64,000 nucleotides of DNA, taken from Lingula anatina (Eukaryota; Animalia; Brachiopoda). The notes below the pieces were generated by a model. The model was not told the DNA's origin. It saw only the letters and a program-made list of their open reading frames with translations, and did not search any database. The position numbers and the translations under genes are program-made. The stretch is from NCBI GenBank assembly GCA_051362555.1, contig CM120640.1:2666001-2730000 (forward strand), in the 5' to 3' direction. This document shows, piece after piece, positions 36,601 to 48,557 of the stretch. How positions within the stretch are numbered: position 1 is the first letter of the stretch; the number at the start of each line of letters is the position of its first letter.

Positions 36601-39600
36601 ATTTTAAGGTCACATATAGATTGCCAGTATATGACTTCCTATTCAAGTTCAATAGTAACTACGGACCTATCTCTGCCAGTTTTGGAGATAAAAGGAAAGC
36701 AAAATTTGCAAAGTTCAATTCATGGTGAAAAGTAGGTCAAAGGTCAATTTTAAGGTCACATATAGATTGCCAGTATATGACTTCCTATTCAAGTTCAATA
36801 GTAACTACGGACCTATCTCTGCCAGTTTTGGAGATAAAAGGAAAGCAAAATTTGCAAAGTTCAATTCATGGTGAAAAGTAGGTCAAAGGTCAATTTCAAG
36901 GTCACATTTAGATTGCCAGTATATGACTTTCTATTCAAGTTCAATAGTAACTACGGACCTATCTCAGCCAGTTTTGGAGATAAAAGAAAAACAAAATTTG
37001 CAAAATTCAGTTCATGGTGAAAAGAAGGTCAAAGGTCAATTTTAAGGTCACATATAGATTGCCAGTATATGACTTCCTATTCAAGTTCAATAGTAACTAC
37101 GGACCTATCTCTGCCAGTTTTGGAGATAAAAGGAAAGCAAAATTTGCAAAGTTCAATTCATGGTGAAAAGTAGGTCAAAGGTCAATTTTAAGGACACATA
37201 TAGATTGCCAGTATATGACTACCTATTCAAGTTCAATAGTAACTACGGACCTATCTCTGCCAGTTTTGGAGATAAAAGGAAAGCAAAATTTGCTTAGTTC
37301 AATTCATGGTGAAAAGTAGGTCAAAGGTCAATTTCAAGGTCACATTTAGATTGCCAGTATATAACTTCCTATTCAAGTTCAATAGTAACTACAGACCTAT
37401 CTCTGCCAGTTTTGGAGATAAAAGGAAAGCAAAATTTGCTTAGTTCAGTTCATGGTGAAAAGTAGGTCAAAGGTCAATTTTAAGATCACATTTAGATTGC
37501 CAGTATATGACTTCCTATTCAAGTTCAATAGTAACTACGGACCTATCTCTGCCAGTTTTGGAGATAAAAGGGAAGCAAAATTTGCAAAGTTCAGTTCATG
37601 GTGAAAAGTAGGTCAAAGGTCAATTTCAAGGTCACAGTAAGATTGCCAGTATATGACTTCCTATTCAACTTCAAAAGTAACTATGGACCTATCTCTGCCA
37701 GTTTTGAAGATATAAGGGACTAAATGTTATAATTTTGGAGTTACCATAATGTGCCTTAAATTTCGTACAGAAAAAATTAATTAAAATAAAGAAAATGTCA
37801 TTTTGGTCAAAATTCTTGAAATAGGAGGTGCTCTGAAGTTTCAGAAGTTCAAATTTGATGAAATAATGTCATTTTTGAACACAAGTTGTCTGCTTTGCCA
37901 AGCCTTATGTTTTATTTTTCCAGAGTTCAAAATTTATTATCCATTACCGTACTGCACATTTTGCTTTTACCACCAATATGTACTTTTTGATACAGCGTAA
38001 CTCGAAAACCGTATGGAATACAAAAAAACCGAGACCACCTCCAGTGTTGGGCTTTACATGCTCTACAAAATGCAAAAAAGAATGGGTCTCTAGCATTAAC
38101 GGTTCCCGAATTAGAGACAGTTTTCAGTTTCGGTATCTTATGGCCGCTACTCCCGTGAAAATGTACCGATTGACCCCAAATTCATGGAGATGAAAGATGA
38201 CCTGAAGGGTAACACTTTCCTATAATATTATTGGTTAAGTCTGTGTAGTGTCTGAATAACAGGGCAAAAAAATTTTTTTTCGTAAAAAATTTCATTTTTT
38301 TGAAAATTTTGGCCCATTTGACCTTGAAGTAAAGGTCAAAGGTCAAATCCAAGGGTATATTTAAAATCTACACATATGACTTTTGGAAAGCCATCTATAG
38401 AAATTTTTCCCATAACTCCTTCCATAGGGTAGATAATTAGCATTTAATTTTGCCATTTTTAGACAAGGGTGCATTGTAATGAGTGCCACACCCAGACCCC
38501 AATACCGACAAAGCCCAAATTTTACGTGGAACGAGTTGAGATTATAGGTGACCTAAATCCATGAGATGGGTACGGGGGCCCTTACCGTGTAGGAGGAGAA
38601 GCGGTAACGGTAGCCGTCCGGCGGAGCCGGCGGAACGATCCGGACGGGACCGAAACCATGTGTACCGCCAGCGCTAACGCTGGTGGTACAATAATCACTG
38701 AAGCAATATCCAAGTAATTTGCATTATTATCCAGCAAAATTTCAACTTTTCTCATCTCAGATAAACCCATCATACTTGCTAGATCGATTCAACTCTGTTG
38801 GGATTCTTGCTTCAGAGGCCATTCAGAACAAGTTGATCCGGGGACTAACAGATCCGCAGACTAAATATGGCTGACTCACCTAAAAGAAACACTGACTAAC
38901 TCCATGATGGCCTCCCCGCCTCCACAAATGCCATCGCTGCAGGGACATTGCAATTAAACCTCGGAGCTGATATCTTACCCGTTTAATGGCGTGTGAAGGC
39001 GGGGAGACCAACAGAGGATTAAGTGGCGCTACTTTGAAGTTTGGTCAGCCATATTTAGTTGGCAGATCATCTGTTCTGAATAGTCCATAAGTATAGTCAC
39101 TATAATCAGCTTAATTGTCTGACACACCTCCTTGACCAGCAAGGGAGGAATAACTATCTTGCATGATCAGCTCACCAAAGCTCTTTCACTTAGGGTGTGT
39201 TAAACAGTTAAGCCGACTATACTGAATGCACTTTATGGAGAATCCCCCGTAGAGTTGGGTGGATCCAGCTAGTATGATGTGTTTATCTGAACACGTTCAT
39301 ATATTCCATAAGCCTCATTTCATCTAAGTTTCAAAATAAATTTATCAGACAAAGATAAAAATCATATGGTATGTGACCGATGTCAAAACCTTTACAAAAA
39401 TAGTAAAAACAGTTTAGCAAAAGGTTTCAAACTTTTTGTTTTCTTTAAAAATGTTTAAGATGAAGTGCATGTTAGCATATTCTCTACTATTAGTAATTTC
39501 CAAAATTTTCAGTACATTAGAATCTCTTTTCTAAAACCTGTTACTACAAAATAATCCACAATGGGTCAATTCTAAGTACACTATAGTGTGCTTACCATTG

Positions 39601-42600
39601 TAAGTATTATCTTGAAAATAAAAGATAAATCACTGATTAATGCACTTATATAAATGGGTACTAAGACTCCATGCTACATTAAAGTTGCCTTAAAAGAGAA
39701 AACAAGGTTTAAAAAAATAGGAAATTTTATTTGGACTATCAGAATAAAGGTGCCACACAGTACACTCAAGTTTTCCTACGCTCAACTCAGCTGCACATAG
39801 GAGAGCTTAATGCACCTCAATCAGTTCATTTCTTCTGAAAGAAAAACCTCATAATATGTGCTAAATGATATATTGAAATTTTGCTCATTGCCTCATTAGA
39901 TGATGTGACATCACTGACACTGTGCCCTCATGTAATTTACCTCTTGTAGCTGTGATCAGTGCACTAGTTAATCTGACGCTCAACTGCACTTGTCATGACT
40001 CTTGTCCCAACCAATGCTTTTATAACGAATTAGACGCGATGTTCTGGTTGCAGAGAACTATTGATCATGTGGTAAAACAAATCATCAATGATCTTACATC
40101 TGATTGGCTGGGGGACACCAACTCGGGAGTCAAAATCATGGTTTGATTGGAAATTGTTACTCATTGGTTAATTGAGGTGTTAAGCTAACCAGTACAGTAT
40201 GTGAGACAGCTGTGGATACAGCTATTACAGCATGTTTACTCACATAATGTGCATGCAGCTCTCAGAAACCTTCACTTATAGATCCTCAGATCAACACACC
40301 GAAATTTTTTTTCTAAAGGCTTAAGCACATGATTGATGCTACTTTGATGTGAAAAGAAAATGTATTTTAGTATTCTTTCTGAGGAATCGATAAGACAATA
40401 ACCAACAAAACATACAAATAATATCTAACAGAACACAACGAGAAGCAGTTTAATCAAAAACTAAAACTAGCAGGCAACATGCATAAGAAACGTCACATTT
40501 TAGACAGGTATACCATAGACTTCTGTAGTTTTTGTCTTCTTAGGAACTGAATATCTTTCACCTGCAACAAAAATCAACTGAAGCTGCCAGACAGTGAAAT
40601 TTCAATACAGCCATCACTACTAGTACCCTACTTCTATTCTCAATTGTCCTGTTTTTAGAAATTACATTTAGTAGAACTCAATATTCATGCAAAAAGGGCA
40701 TTTTATATTAAAAGTATAAAAAAAACAAAATGAATTACATGATGAATTTGGTCTCTGTAGGCCCAGAGTTGTTTAAAAAGTCACTTGACCATCAGTAATA
40801 AACATGTTAGAAAAAACTGTCATGTTACATTTATTAGCTTTAAAGTGGTTCGTAAAATTTTACAGCCTATACTTTATAATATTCATTAATTCCAATACCT
40901 CCATGTATTTCAATACCTCCATGTATTTTATATGAAGGCAACCTATTTCGCTGCTATAAATATATTCAGTCACATGTACCATAACAAAACAGTCCTGTGC
41001 AAAAAGAGGATTAACAACAAAAATATCCCAATCTGTTGAAATATTGAAAATATTTGTGTGTGTGTTTAATCTGATGAGTGTTGTGCTAAGCCCTCAAAGC
41101 TGCAGACCAGAAGAATATTAATGTCAACATATATCATTTGGTAACAGTGTTTACCTATAAACCACAGGTAAGTTAGTATCATCACAGAGATCTGTGCTGG
41201 TCTTCAGATTCAAATATCTAAATTTTCCAAGAAACAAGTTAAATATTGATACACTTTCTTACTGTTTCCTGCCTTTGAACTGCAACAACAGCACCTGTGG
41301 ACATAGTGTTTACTTTACTGAAATAAACTTCTCAACACCTGTTTACTAGGGCTACATGTTACCCAGAAAATGAGGCAATGTTTCAGTAAACAGGTTATGC
41401 ATCTGGTAGACTATCAAGGCTATCAGGACATGGTTTGTTGTATATATTCTGATAGGCAAACATGTACACAAATACAGAGAAATTCATGCAAAGGAGTTCA
41501 GTTCAATAAACTTTAGCGATTGCCATTTGTGAACAATTTCCATTTAGATGAACTGAGCTGCATGTAATTGGGGAGCTGGAGCTTGGTTTGTGAAAGGTCA
41601 TGACCACCAATTTAATAAACGCACTGGTCAGTGGGCGGTGGAACCAGGTGCCCCTGACCTCTCACGTTGGGGAATAGGATTTCAATAATAATGAAGTTAG
41701 CAAATATCATCTATCAGAGGCAGAATGGCAAATTTGAATGTGTTTGAATATATACCGAAAAAGAAAAAAATGGCCAAAATGTAGGTTTTAAACAAATAAA
41801 AGGAATACAGGAAAAAAAGATAACATTTTAATAGAGACCTTTGCTTTCCTTTTTTAACTAGTCATCACCATACAATTTTGTTTACAAACATTATAATCAT
41901 ATTTCTGTATAATATTTCAGGGGAAGGGTACCTGGTATAAACTATTTACTTTAAAAGTTATAGATTCATTATCCCTCATTATAAGACCTTCTTTAAGAAT
42001 ACAGCTATCATTTCTTTTTACTTTTCACAAAAAAAGTGAAAAGACTTATAGACAAGTGCGAACTGCCAACCATAGCTTTCAAGGACGGTACTAACTTATC
42101 TAGCGTATCTATTATATGGTACATACTGGAGAATATAAGATAAGGTAGCTAAATACCAATCCTCCATTCTAAAATTTCAGCTCTTTATAAAGAAAAAGAA
42201 TCATACTATAATTCTTGAAGGAGATAAATAATAATTCAAGTTAAAAGGCAAACAGTTATATGTAGTCTGCAGTATATACTGCTGATCTTCTACCAAGTGT
42301 TAATGTGAAGATAGGAGGTGATGGCATTTTCCCATTTTAGGCACACGACTGCTGAAAATAAAATAAAAGTGCTAGATATGGAAATGTGGTTTAGATGCTG
42401 ATTTCTGACTTCCTTGAAGTTATGGCGAATGAGACAAATTTTGAGCATCGACTTCAAAGAAATAATAAATATGTGCTGATAATAAGTATTGAAGTCTAGG
42501 TTTCCTGTAAACACGCCTATTTTCATTATCTTGCATTTATTGAGCAAGAGCCAGAATGGATGCCGATACAATAACACACACGAGATGGCTTCAACTGCTA

Positions 42601-43226
42601 CCTATGACAGTATTAATGAATATCAATTGTTGGTGGAGCCGACAACACTGTACAATAGTGTAATGATGAGCAGTTTTTTTTTTTTTTTAATTCTCACTTG
42701 AGTCTGAAATCATGGATTTTTCCTTAGAAATTAAGGTGAGGAAAAACATTTAAAAGATTAAATGCTTTGGAGCGCAAAGAGTTCCACACCATTTGGAATG
42801 TCCCCATTTGAACTCTACTGAGAAATTCGATCGAATGTATTGATACGGATCACAGTTAAATATAAATAAAATATAGATGCAAAATTGCGGTCTCTCTCTC
42901 AGACCCTCGGAACATGAAAAGAAACTGATCTACCACTTGACATGTAAGCTTGTCATCGTTATTATCATACCTGGACTTTTCCTGGCCTCTTCAAACCTCT
43001 GGAGTTCAAGCAGCAGCTGCTCTCGCTCCTCGTTGTCAAGCGTGTAGATGAAATCTTTCGCTCCAGCCGTCGTCCTTACGTCCCAGTGGACGCGGCGTAA
43101 ATTCTGTGAGCTAACCGGACATATGTTTCTCAGTAATAAACCGCTGTGAAAAGTGTGCGATCTACATTTTTTCGTGTGTACATAATTTAATGTCCGAGAG
43201 GCGACTTTCGCTGCCCTGCTGGCCAT
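24639..43226 (-). CDS. TMEM65: Transmembrane protein 65 (mitochondrial inner membrane); exons 43226-42971, 34333-34292, 34003-33936, 33297-33243, 30729-30687, 30223-30118, then last exon A 26422-26291 (233 aa) or last exon B 24794-24639 (241 aa)
   Basis: Arg/Ser-rich presequence-like N-terminus; AKDFIYTL..ERE.LL.EL; LPFIGFGILDNVIMITAGEYID; LGISTMAAAALGNMVSDVAG; GRAIGIAFGCLLGMFPL. All phases are consistent. Confidence 0.93.
24840..25046. mobile_element. Degenerate PIF/Harbinger-like MITE
   Basis: Imperfect inverted arms GGCTGTTTTCACATTGAG..TATTGCACCA..TTTGTG / CACAAAATGGTGCGATA..CTCAACGGGAAAAGGGCC. Confidence 0.5.
27007..29347 (-). mobile_element. HINE family 2, head-to-tail tandem of two copies in TMEM65 intron 6
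   Basis: 5' palindrome at ~29316-29342 and a partial second one at ~28405-28419. (GGCATC)n microsatellite. 27480-27830 is duplicated at 28670-29070. 3' subterminal TGTCTGTACA plus hairpin GACAGC-TTT-GCTGCC at ~27012-27040. Confidence 0.75.
30339..30453. mobile_element. Short degenerate inverted-repeat element (MITE remnant)
   Basis: TTTCCATAGATTAAATCGA / TCGATCTAAAATCTATGGGAA; a related end GGGGTGCTTTCCCAGAGATTTAGATCGATCT occurs at ~17659. Confidence 0.45.
32064..32321. mobile_element. Fully palindromic PIF/Harbinger-type MITE with TTA target-site duplication
   Basis: TTA|GGCTTCGTTCACAT ... ATGTGAATGAAGCC|TTA; arms are complementary almost to the centre (~32190). Confidence 0.88.
35507..38694 (-). 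mobile_element. HINE family 1, copy 4 (complete; ~13-14 satellite units) in TMEM65 intron 1
   Basis: Reverse 3' end CTAGAGGATCAGAGAGGCGATACCGCCTC at 35507; 5' hairpin TGTACCGCCAGCG..CGCTGGTGGTACA at ~38661-38690; 146-bp array ~35710-37700. Confidence 0.88.
38817..39086. mobile_element. Degenerate MITE
   Basis: Inverted ends ATTCAGAACA..ACTAAATATGGCTGAC / GTCAGCCATATTTAGT..TGTTCTGAAT; inner CCTCCCCGCC / GGCGGGGAG. Confidence 0.65.
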
Positions 43227-43504
43227 CTTGGAAGCTCGAAAATTATGTCAAATTGTGAACTTCCGGTATAGAGACCCGTAAGCTCAAATGTGCCCCAAAT
43301 TAAACAGGACAAAATTTTGGTTGCAAAACCGAAGACCACAACTCCAGCAAGTCTCTGTTTCATGTTTATCATTACCTTAAAATAAAATTACACTGAAATT
43401 TTGCTATATTCAATGTTTCTTTCCATATAAGTCAATATAATTTATATCCGACAACCTGCGTTATACTCTTCCTTACGATTTCAGCATCACATGATTTGGC
43501 CAAA
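43227..43504. promoter_or_regulatory. Bidirectional promoter, TMEM65 / PPT1
   Basis: 278 bp between divergent ATGs; ETS-like ACTTCCGG (~43259); YY1-like AAGATGGC and AAAATGGCG overlap the two start codons. Confidence 0.65.
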
Positions 43505-44047
43505 ATGGCGAAGACCATGAAAGCGTTGTTCGTTGTTTTGACGGTGACAATTGCAGCCACGTATCATGTTTATGCTGCTAAGAATGCATCACTTCCCTTG
43601 GTCCTGTGGCATGGAATGGGTATGTACAGTATGAATTGATTTAGGCTCAAATCCTGTACCACAAAACAACTACCAACGTTTTATCAATGCATAAAGTTGC
43701 CAGGAGGAAACATATTTCTTCAGGTTGATGTTCTGTAATCTGTCGCTATATCTGTTGCAAGTGTAGAAGGCATTATTGACATGGTTGAAAAAAATGCATT
43801 ATCATAAGAATGCAAAGTGTAAAGTTGCCCTTATTCCAAACAAAATAAAAGGAAACTAATGTGACTAATCTTTGCCCTTCAAAATACAGTGTACTAAACC
43901 TGACTTGGATTGCCATTCATTAAGTTATACATTCATCAGGACACCTGTCAATTAGTGTTAAATGTGCAAAGCTGCACCCTAGTACTGTTATATGTGATCT
44001 AGAAATAAAAGCAAAAATGACATTTAGCACAAAAAGGATGATATATA

Positions 44048-44112
<65 letters not shown>

Positions 44113-45255
44113 TAATGAAGTATATATATATAAGTAATGAAGTATGATGAGATTTTAATTAGAGAAGCACTTTGAAACAAGTTAAAAATGATTTTTGTTG
44201 AAGGATTCATCGAAGTTAATTTGTTATTGTTTCAGGGGACAGCTGCTGCAATCCATTGAGCATGGGAAATATCAAGAAGGTTATAGAGAAGAGAGTTCCT
44301 GGAATCTATGTGAGGTCACTGATGATAGGAGACAATGTGGCTGATGTAGGTATTTTATATATGGGGATTCAATTTTGACTGATATTTTCACTGGTGCAGC
44401 TTCATGTCTTTTCCCTTTTTTCAGGCTTTTGTGAAATCAGCTTGTAATTCATAAACAAAGGCTGCTTTTTATTTTGAATTTTTCCTGACTTGAAATGTTA
44501 ATAAGCTCATGTTATTAAGAATTGAAATGTTTTTACGTGCAGTGTAGCAAAGCAGGTATACTGATCATTAAATTACTCTCTTCCCTCATCTTAATCTTCC
44601 AACATTTTGTAAACCAGAGCCATTAATTTACCACCACAGATCCAGGCTTTAAGCTTGTTTTGAAAAGGATCAAAACATTTTGCAATGTTTTTGAAGGAAT
44701 CAAAACATTTTTCTTTGATCCCAGACCAAGTTGTTAAAAACCTGAAATGTTTTATTTTAGGATACCATAAATGGGTTCCTTTTGAATTCAAATAAACAAG
44801 TGGATATGGTGTGCAAAAAGATTGCTTCTGACCCCAAGCTTCAGAATGGCTACAATGCCATGGGCTTCTCTCAAGGAGGACAGTTTTTGTGTGTAGACAA
44901 ATTTCATGAAACATTTTATTTGATTTTTTTTCCTTTTTTTATACTTATGTGTTTTAAAAAATATTTCATTTTACATTCTATATTGATTTTTGAGGTGATT
45001 TGTTCCAAACATTGGATTAAAAAAAGAATTTAATATCAGACAGAGGTGAACTGAAACTTATTTATTTATTTTTATTATTATTTCTGGGAGTGCCTTAAAT
45101 GTTATAATTATATAATTGTGTGCCTAAATATATAAGAACTGAAATTAATTAAAGGTGTTCATATTTTGATGTCAGGCGTGCAGTTGCTCAGAGATGCCCC
45201 ACTCCACCCATGAATAACCTCATCTCTATAGGAGGCCAGCACCAGGGTACGTGAT

Positions 45256-45353
<98 letters not shown>

Positions 45354-47436
45354 GTGTTATATTCTTACTAAAATTATGTAAAACTATTTTAGGCATTGTT
45401 ATTGGATTTCACTTATAACCACCCCATTGCAGCTATCAAAACTCGAATTACTTACAGAAGGGGAAGAGAGTTTTTGCACTTCAAAATGTATAGATGTTAA
45501 AATGCTTCTCAAAATGCACATGGCCATCTGTATTTTGAGAGATAAACAGTTATCATATTTTTTCCTATTTCAATATGTTAGGAGTGTATGGCTTCCCCAG
45601 GTGTCCTGGGGACAACTCCACCATTTGTGACTATGTCAGAAAGTTGCTGGACCTTGGGGCATATGTCAGGTAGGGGACAGCTTCTTGAAAGCAGCTATTA
45701 TTTAATTCATTTAATTCTTGCATTAACAAATTATTTTCTGAAAGTAGTGATTGACAGTTTTTAAATAATGACTTTAAATCTGTGTAAAAATGTATCTTTC
45801 AGGATCCTTCTCTCTCTATCAGTGAATATGGTATGAAGAGAATTCACATCTTTGGCTTTGTTCTATTCATTCTTTATATTCCTGGTCTTTTTTGCATCCT
45901 ATGGCATTTTCTTGTTTGATGTTTTCTACACAGTCATGGAGTTGAAAAATATTAACTGTTTGATTTATATTTGATTTCAGCTTTGTCCAGGAACGGTAGG
46001 TTACTGTCTTTTCTTCTTCTCCTCGTACAGTATTTGTTTCAGTGAATTATACTATAACATATATTTATGAAAAGGTTATTTTTATGTAAATTTGTTTGAT
46101 ATGCTAGAGGGTAAATTTGTCAGAATACATTGTTTTGATTTCAATAAACAAATAGACTTTCATTTGTCAAAAGCGCTAGAAAAATTAAGGAACTGATCAA
46201 CATTGTTTTCATTTCTTCATACAGCTTAGTGCAGGCCCAGTACTGGCATGATCCAATGAATGAAGATGAATACAAAAAATACAGCATATTCCTAGCAGAT
46301 ATTAACAATGAAAATGTAAGACACATTGTTTTCTGAATAATCCATGTACATTTTAAAACAGTCACAACTTACAGGTCAATGGTTTTTGTTACTAGATATA
46401 ATTATCACTGTCTATTATATATTCCCGTTTGAGTACATTTTCACTATGACTATGGCCCATATTTCATTTTAAAATTTCAGGTTAAAAACCAAACATACAA
46501 GACCAATCTGATGAAACTGAACAAGTTTGTGATGGTGAAGTTCCTTCAGGATACTATGGTGGACCCCAAGGAGAGTGAGGTACAGGAACTGGCTGACCTG
46601 AGACTGAAATACCATTAACTGAGTTACCATAACATAATCATACTAGCAGCATCTTTCTGTCTATTTCAGCAGGGATTCTTACTAAGGCCCTGTCATTATA
46701 GTCAGTTTATTAATAATTACTTTTAAGTTAGCCCATTTGTAACATACAGTTGTATCCTGAAATTTTTATTAAAATTTGTAACTTTTTGTGTTAAGCTGGT
46801 GACAAACAAACAAACAGATAACCAGATGTGTAAACATAATAAATGAAACAATTTGTTTTCAGTGGTTTGGTTTCTACAAACCTGGTGAAGGCAATATTGC
46901 GTATCCTCTGCAAGAGTCACAACTGTACCAAGAGGTAATGATATAGATCTGAGAGAAAAATGAATAGACCCTTTCTCTCCCAAGAAATCTCTAATTGTTT
47001 GAGAACTGGTTATTTTTTAAGGAATGCCTTTAATGGGCTTTTTTTTTTTTACAAAGCATAGGCATTAATGTGACAGTAAGCAGAACTATTTTGTCATATT
47101 AAATGTTCAAACAATAATTTCTTCATTACTGTATGCCAGGAAGATTTTATTTGTTCTTATAACTTTGTTGACAAATTTGAAATGACTTTAATTCAGTTCA
47201 GTATATTTTTTCACATTAAAGAGAATAATGTAACATTTTAAATAAATGTCCATTTCCTGCACATTTATTTTTGATAGATTGTTGAAAATCCTTTTGTTTC
47301 TTCTACACAGGATTGGTTGGGGCTCCAGAAGATGGACAAGGCAGGAAAGCTGGTGTTTCTTAGCTCCAACACTGATCATTTACAGTTTAATCTCTCCTGG
47401 TTTGAACAGAATATCATTGACAAATATGTGAAATAG
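43505..47436 (+). CDS. PPT1: Palmitoyl-protein thioesterase 1, 304 aa; exons 43505-43619, 44236-44345, 44761-44888, 45176-45246, 45582-45669, 45981-45995, 46225-46315, 46481-46579, 46863-46934, 47311-47436
   Basis: Signal peptide; [19 protein letters not shown]; [17 protein letters not shown] (catalytic Ser); [10 protein letters not shown]; DTMVDP.ESEWFGFY; DHLQF (catalytic His). Confidence 0.97.
44051..44110. repeat. (TA)n microsatellite
   Basis: Direct reading. Confidence 0.95.
45261..45348. repeat. (TA)n microsatellite, ~44 units, starting 15 nt after a PPT1 donor
   Basis: Direct reading. Confidence 0.95.
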
Positions 47437-48557
47437 GAATGAAATCCATTTGTTTCTATTTCAATGTTAAATACACATCGAAAGTTGGTTGCCTCAAGTA
47501 AAAGCAATGTGAAAAACAAGTGGACACTTGGACTGAAATTTTTATCAGTATCGGAGGTCTATAAAGATATTAAAACTTATTTGTATGTTTGTGCTGCAAT
47601 CTTTGCAACCTTTTTTTGTTTCAACTTAAAACATTGCTTCACAACCAGTGAATACCATCTTCAACAAATTATTATTTTTTAAATTTGGTTAATATTTTTA
47701 AAATTTGTACATTAAGTTTATTTGAAATTTATTTTGAAATTTATTGGCAGCCAAGGTATAACATACCAAAAGTTACACATTTGCTCGAGTCTTGTAATCT
47801 TTATTAATTAATAATCTTTCTAAAGTATATCATTTTGAAAGGATTAAAGATGTTTTCTTGGGGTAAATGTCTTTTGTGATACAAGGAATATGAACATTCA
47901 TTGTTAGTGTCAATGTTTACAATTTGTAAGTTTTTTACTGTGCAATAGACAATGAAGTCATTTTTAAGACTAAAATTTTGTAAAAAAAAAATTATATACA
48001 TACCACCTGAAAAATTAACACACTAAGATGATGCAGTTTTAGTTATTCACTTTCATTATTCTACTGATGACATATTGGATAATAAAAACTGATAAATTTG
48101 AATTTTTTCTTTATTTTTTGCCTCTATTAATGCCTTCGGTAATTTCTGTTGAGCTACATGTGCTATATACTTACTACACTGTAAACATGTTGAAAAAGAC
48201 TGGTTTAAAAAGCTATACTAACATCCTTATATAATTATGAAAAACTATTTGTGTGTGTGAGTAAGATAATAAACAAAATAAACGAATCTAATATACATGT
48301 TCTGTAATATGAATATTTGTAATGATAGAAACTGAGACCAAAATACAGTCACGTAAAAAAAATCGACTGAGTATTGCACTTTAACTTGAAATATTGGGAT
48401 ATGTCCAAATTGAAATATTGAGATATGTTTAAATCTGTAAAAACTTACTATAAATATTTAACATGATCATAAACATTTATAAACACTGATCAACATACAT
48501 GTACTTCACCAACATTTATTAGAAGTGCCAAGAACAAGTTCAATTATTTTACGTTCT

